From Squalus acanthias (Eukaryota): a DNA stretch of 64,000 nucleotides. The DNA lies in the NCBI GenBank assembly GCA_030390025.1, contig CM059431.1:155312001-155376000 (forward strand), read 5' to 3'. The notes below the pieces were generated by a model, which worked only from the letters and a program-made list of their open reading frames with translations, was not told the origin of the DNA and ran no database searches. Both the position numbers and the translations under genes were made by a program. Shown here in pieces: positions 61,363 to 64,000 of this stretch (position 1 is its first letter; each line of letters starts with the position of its first letter).

Positions 61363-63484
61363 GTAGGTTCTGAAAATACATTAAATTATAATTTCTGTCC
61401 TGACAAAGGTTCGAGATTTCGTGCAAGAACCTGCAGCTCACGCAAGAAGAGGGAACAGGGCAGGACTGGAGTAGAAAGAGTCAACTGAGTGACCATCTAA
61501 AGGGGCACCGCAGCCACAGGTGGAGGCAACCCCCGAGTACTGGAACTGTTCAATAGATACCTGGTATTGGGGATTGCAATGTGGATAGAGACAGTGACTC
61601 AGTGGAAGGTCTTCCTGAGTAACAGAGTGGTACCAGTGAGCAGGAGGTCACCGCGAGTGGGTGAGAGACATGTGATGCACAGGAAAAGGTGGCAAATCGT
61701 GGTGGGAGATTCTATAATCAAGGGAACAGACAGACTCGTCTGCAGCTCTGAGCAGGTGCCAAATGGTAAGATGCTTCCCTGGTGCCAGAGGGAAGAACAT
61801 CCTGGAACAGGTTTGAAAATCTCTGGGAAGGAAAAGAAAGCAGAAATTACCCATGGTCGGAATCAGTGCCACGGATAAAAATACATTTACAGCGTGAATA
61901 TTGAGACTGAGGCACTGGACTAAAGAGAAGCCCTCAAGGTAGTGATCTGTGTATTGACTTGCATTTTAAACTTTAATGAGGAAAATATGAGGCAGGTCAA
62001 TGTGAGGCAGTTTGGCTGAACTAGGAGGGTAGGGTTCACGATGTTGGGGCTCTAGAGTGAGTTCGGGGAGAAGGGAAGGGACGGCCGCAGTCTGAACCCA
62101 CCAACAAAAACGGTTTTACAGAATAGGTGAATGGAGCAGTGGAAAGTGTATTAACTGATATGTCTGTAGGCTGGGAATCATACGCTTCTGAGACTAGAGA
62201 GCGGAATTAATGAAACTGCAGGAGCTGAAACAGAATATTATTGAAATAGTGAAAAATTATTAGCAGGATAAAGGAAGGTTGTTTTCGAGTAGTGAGAGAT
62301 GAGGTGATTTTGTGTTGAAACAAATTTAAAATAAAACAGGATAAACATTCCAAAGAATTGCATTTACGATTGACTGTTGTGCCTGTAAATGTACAAATCA
62401 TTCCAAAGACATTTGGAAAGTCACAGGCATGAGAGATGTGATCAGTATCTATAGGACAGGGCCTGGGATTTCACTGCACTAAGAGCAATGTTCCTGGTCA
62501 TAACATTTTGAGGAGAGAGAAATATAATTGTGGACGCCAGAATTAATAAATGGTTCAAGGACAGCGCTAGGAGAACAACAACCCACTTGGATTTCTACAG
62601 CATCTTTAGATATTGGGACAGGTGACCAATATCTTCTTCAAAGAGGTAGGTTTTAAGGAGCATCTCAAACGAGGAGAGCGATGTTTTGAACAAAAGGATG
62701 TTCCTTTGAGCTATATTAAGATAGAATCCTCGCATTTTAAAAGAAAATAGGGAAGAGGCGCTGGAGGCAATCTTTATTTGACGAATTTGATGCAGCTATT
62801 CTGAGAGGTGTCTGTATAGATCTGATATAGAAAGCATCTATCTCCAGTTTACTTTCTGACCTACATTGGCTCACGATCCGGCAACACCTCAATTTAAAAA
62901 TTCTCATCCCAGTTTTCAAATCCTTCCATGGCCTCGCCACTCCCTATCTATGTCACCTCCTCCAACACAAACCCTCGAGATCTCTGTGATCCTCCACTTC
63001 TGGCCCTTTGCGCACCCCCGAATGTAATCTCTCCGCCATTGGTGACCATGTCTTCCACTGCCATAAAGTCTGGAATCCCATCTCTCTCCTTTAAGACGTT
63101 CCTTAAAACCTACCTCTTTGGCCAATCTTTTCGTCATCTGTCCTAAAATGGGGCTCGGTGTAAAATATTGTATGATAACGCTTTAGCGAAGTTCCTGGGA
63201 ACATCTTACTACGTTAAAAAAAGCAATATAAATGAAAGCTGTTTTTGTGGAGATTGTAATTTTGCGTCATCAACCCGATAAGTCGGGTATTTGGCTATTC
63301 AACACAGCCAGGATCTTTGATGTACGCTATCTCATTCGGAATCTGTCCCTGGAACCTGCAGATATTTTGCAGCACTTTCAGCTTGTCTGCAACCTTCTGC
63401 CAGGCGAGCTACAGTTCCATCCTGTGGGCTCCGTGCCCTAGAGTACTCTGCACGCACTCTTGTGCCAGACACTGTGCAATGCCA

Positions 63485-64000
63485 TCCGTGGATTGTCAGT
63501 GTCGGGTTGGATAAGTGCAGTGTAGGACAGGGTGAGTGGGGTGTCGGAGTTGGGCTGGGTCAGTGGGGTGTCGGGGTTGGGCTGTGTCAGTGGGTTGTCC
63601 TTGTATGTCAGGGTATGTTGGATGTCGGTGTAGGGCTGGCTTAGTGGAGTGCCGGTGTAGGGCTGGGTCAGTGTGGTGTGGGTCTTGGGCAAGGTCAGTG
63701 GGGTGTCGCTGTTGGGTCAGTGAGGGTGTCGGTGTTGGGCTGGTTCAGTGAGGGTGTCGGTGTTGGGCTGTGTTAGTGGGGTGTCGGTGTAGGAATTGTT
63801 CCGTTGGGTTTCGGTGTAGGGCTTGGTCAGTGGAGTGCCGGTGTTGGAATGGGTCAGTGGGGTGTCAATGTTGGGTCAGGGGGGGGGGGGGGTGGTTCGG
63901 TGTTGTTCATTGTCACTGTGGATTCGGTATTGGGCTGGGTCAGAAGGTGTTGGTGTGGGGCAGGGTGAGTGGGGTGTCGGTGTAGGGCAGGGTCAGTGCT
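63485..64000 (+). repeat. G-rich minisatellite running off the window end
   Basis: Same 27-mer family. Confidence 0.9.

Larger units (their letters stand above)
1..64000 (+). repeat. Tandem array of ~8 diverged copies of a ~14-kb composite unit (segmental duplication / macrosatellite)
   Basis: Landmarks recur in the same order and orientation. gt(a/c)..g..gaggatgtgggtcc at 1, 3309, 17161, 31998, 34614, 48496, 58287. gagactgtaatcttgcctcatc at ~822, 4136, 18026, 32848, 36189, 48992, 63250. gcagctgtctgtgtcacacctgatgtg at ~1897, 13615, 30300, 43313, 52905, 61080. Confidence 0.95.

Noticed and set aside
1..64000. Whole ~14-kb unit as a giant transposon (Helitron, Polinton, Teratorn) or endogenous virus
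   Set aside because: No Rep/helicase, polB, integrase or capsid ORF, and no unit termini or TSDs; the content is host DNA with nested fossil TEs.

Overview
Eukaryotic, repeat-saturated genomic DNA. The CR1/L2/RTE/Penelope repeat mix fits a cartilaginous fish (shark) best, though that is an inference. There is no complete host gene, RNA gene, CRISPR array or prokaryotic system here. The whole window is a head-to-tail array of about 8 diverged copies of one composite unit of ~14 kb: U1 1-3308, U2 3309-17160, U3 17161-31997, U4 31998-34613, U5 34614-48495, U6 48496-58286, U7 58287-~62764, U8 ~62765-end. U1, U4, U6 and U7 carry internal deletions. Module order in the unit: old CR1 fragment, L2 3' tail, unique ~250-bp block, G-rich minisatellite, CR1 tail, L2 fragment, unique block with a minus-strand exon-like segment, long antisense L2, small ATG exon, CR1 ORF1 remnant, CR1 RT remnant, 165-bp MITE. 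Unit-specific later insertions are a solo LTR, three RTE fragments, two CR1 copies (one with an intact ~400-codon RT frame), four copies of a GGCC-ended MITE, and Penelope-type fragments with minimal hammerhead ribozyme motifs. The most interesting signal is six copies of a small start-codon exon (MAE...). All keep a 3n+1 length and have no stops, yet their peptides diverge much faster than the flanking intron. They are a candidate array of variable first coding exons, or relics of an NLR-like immune gene cluster.
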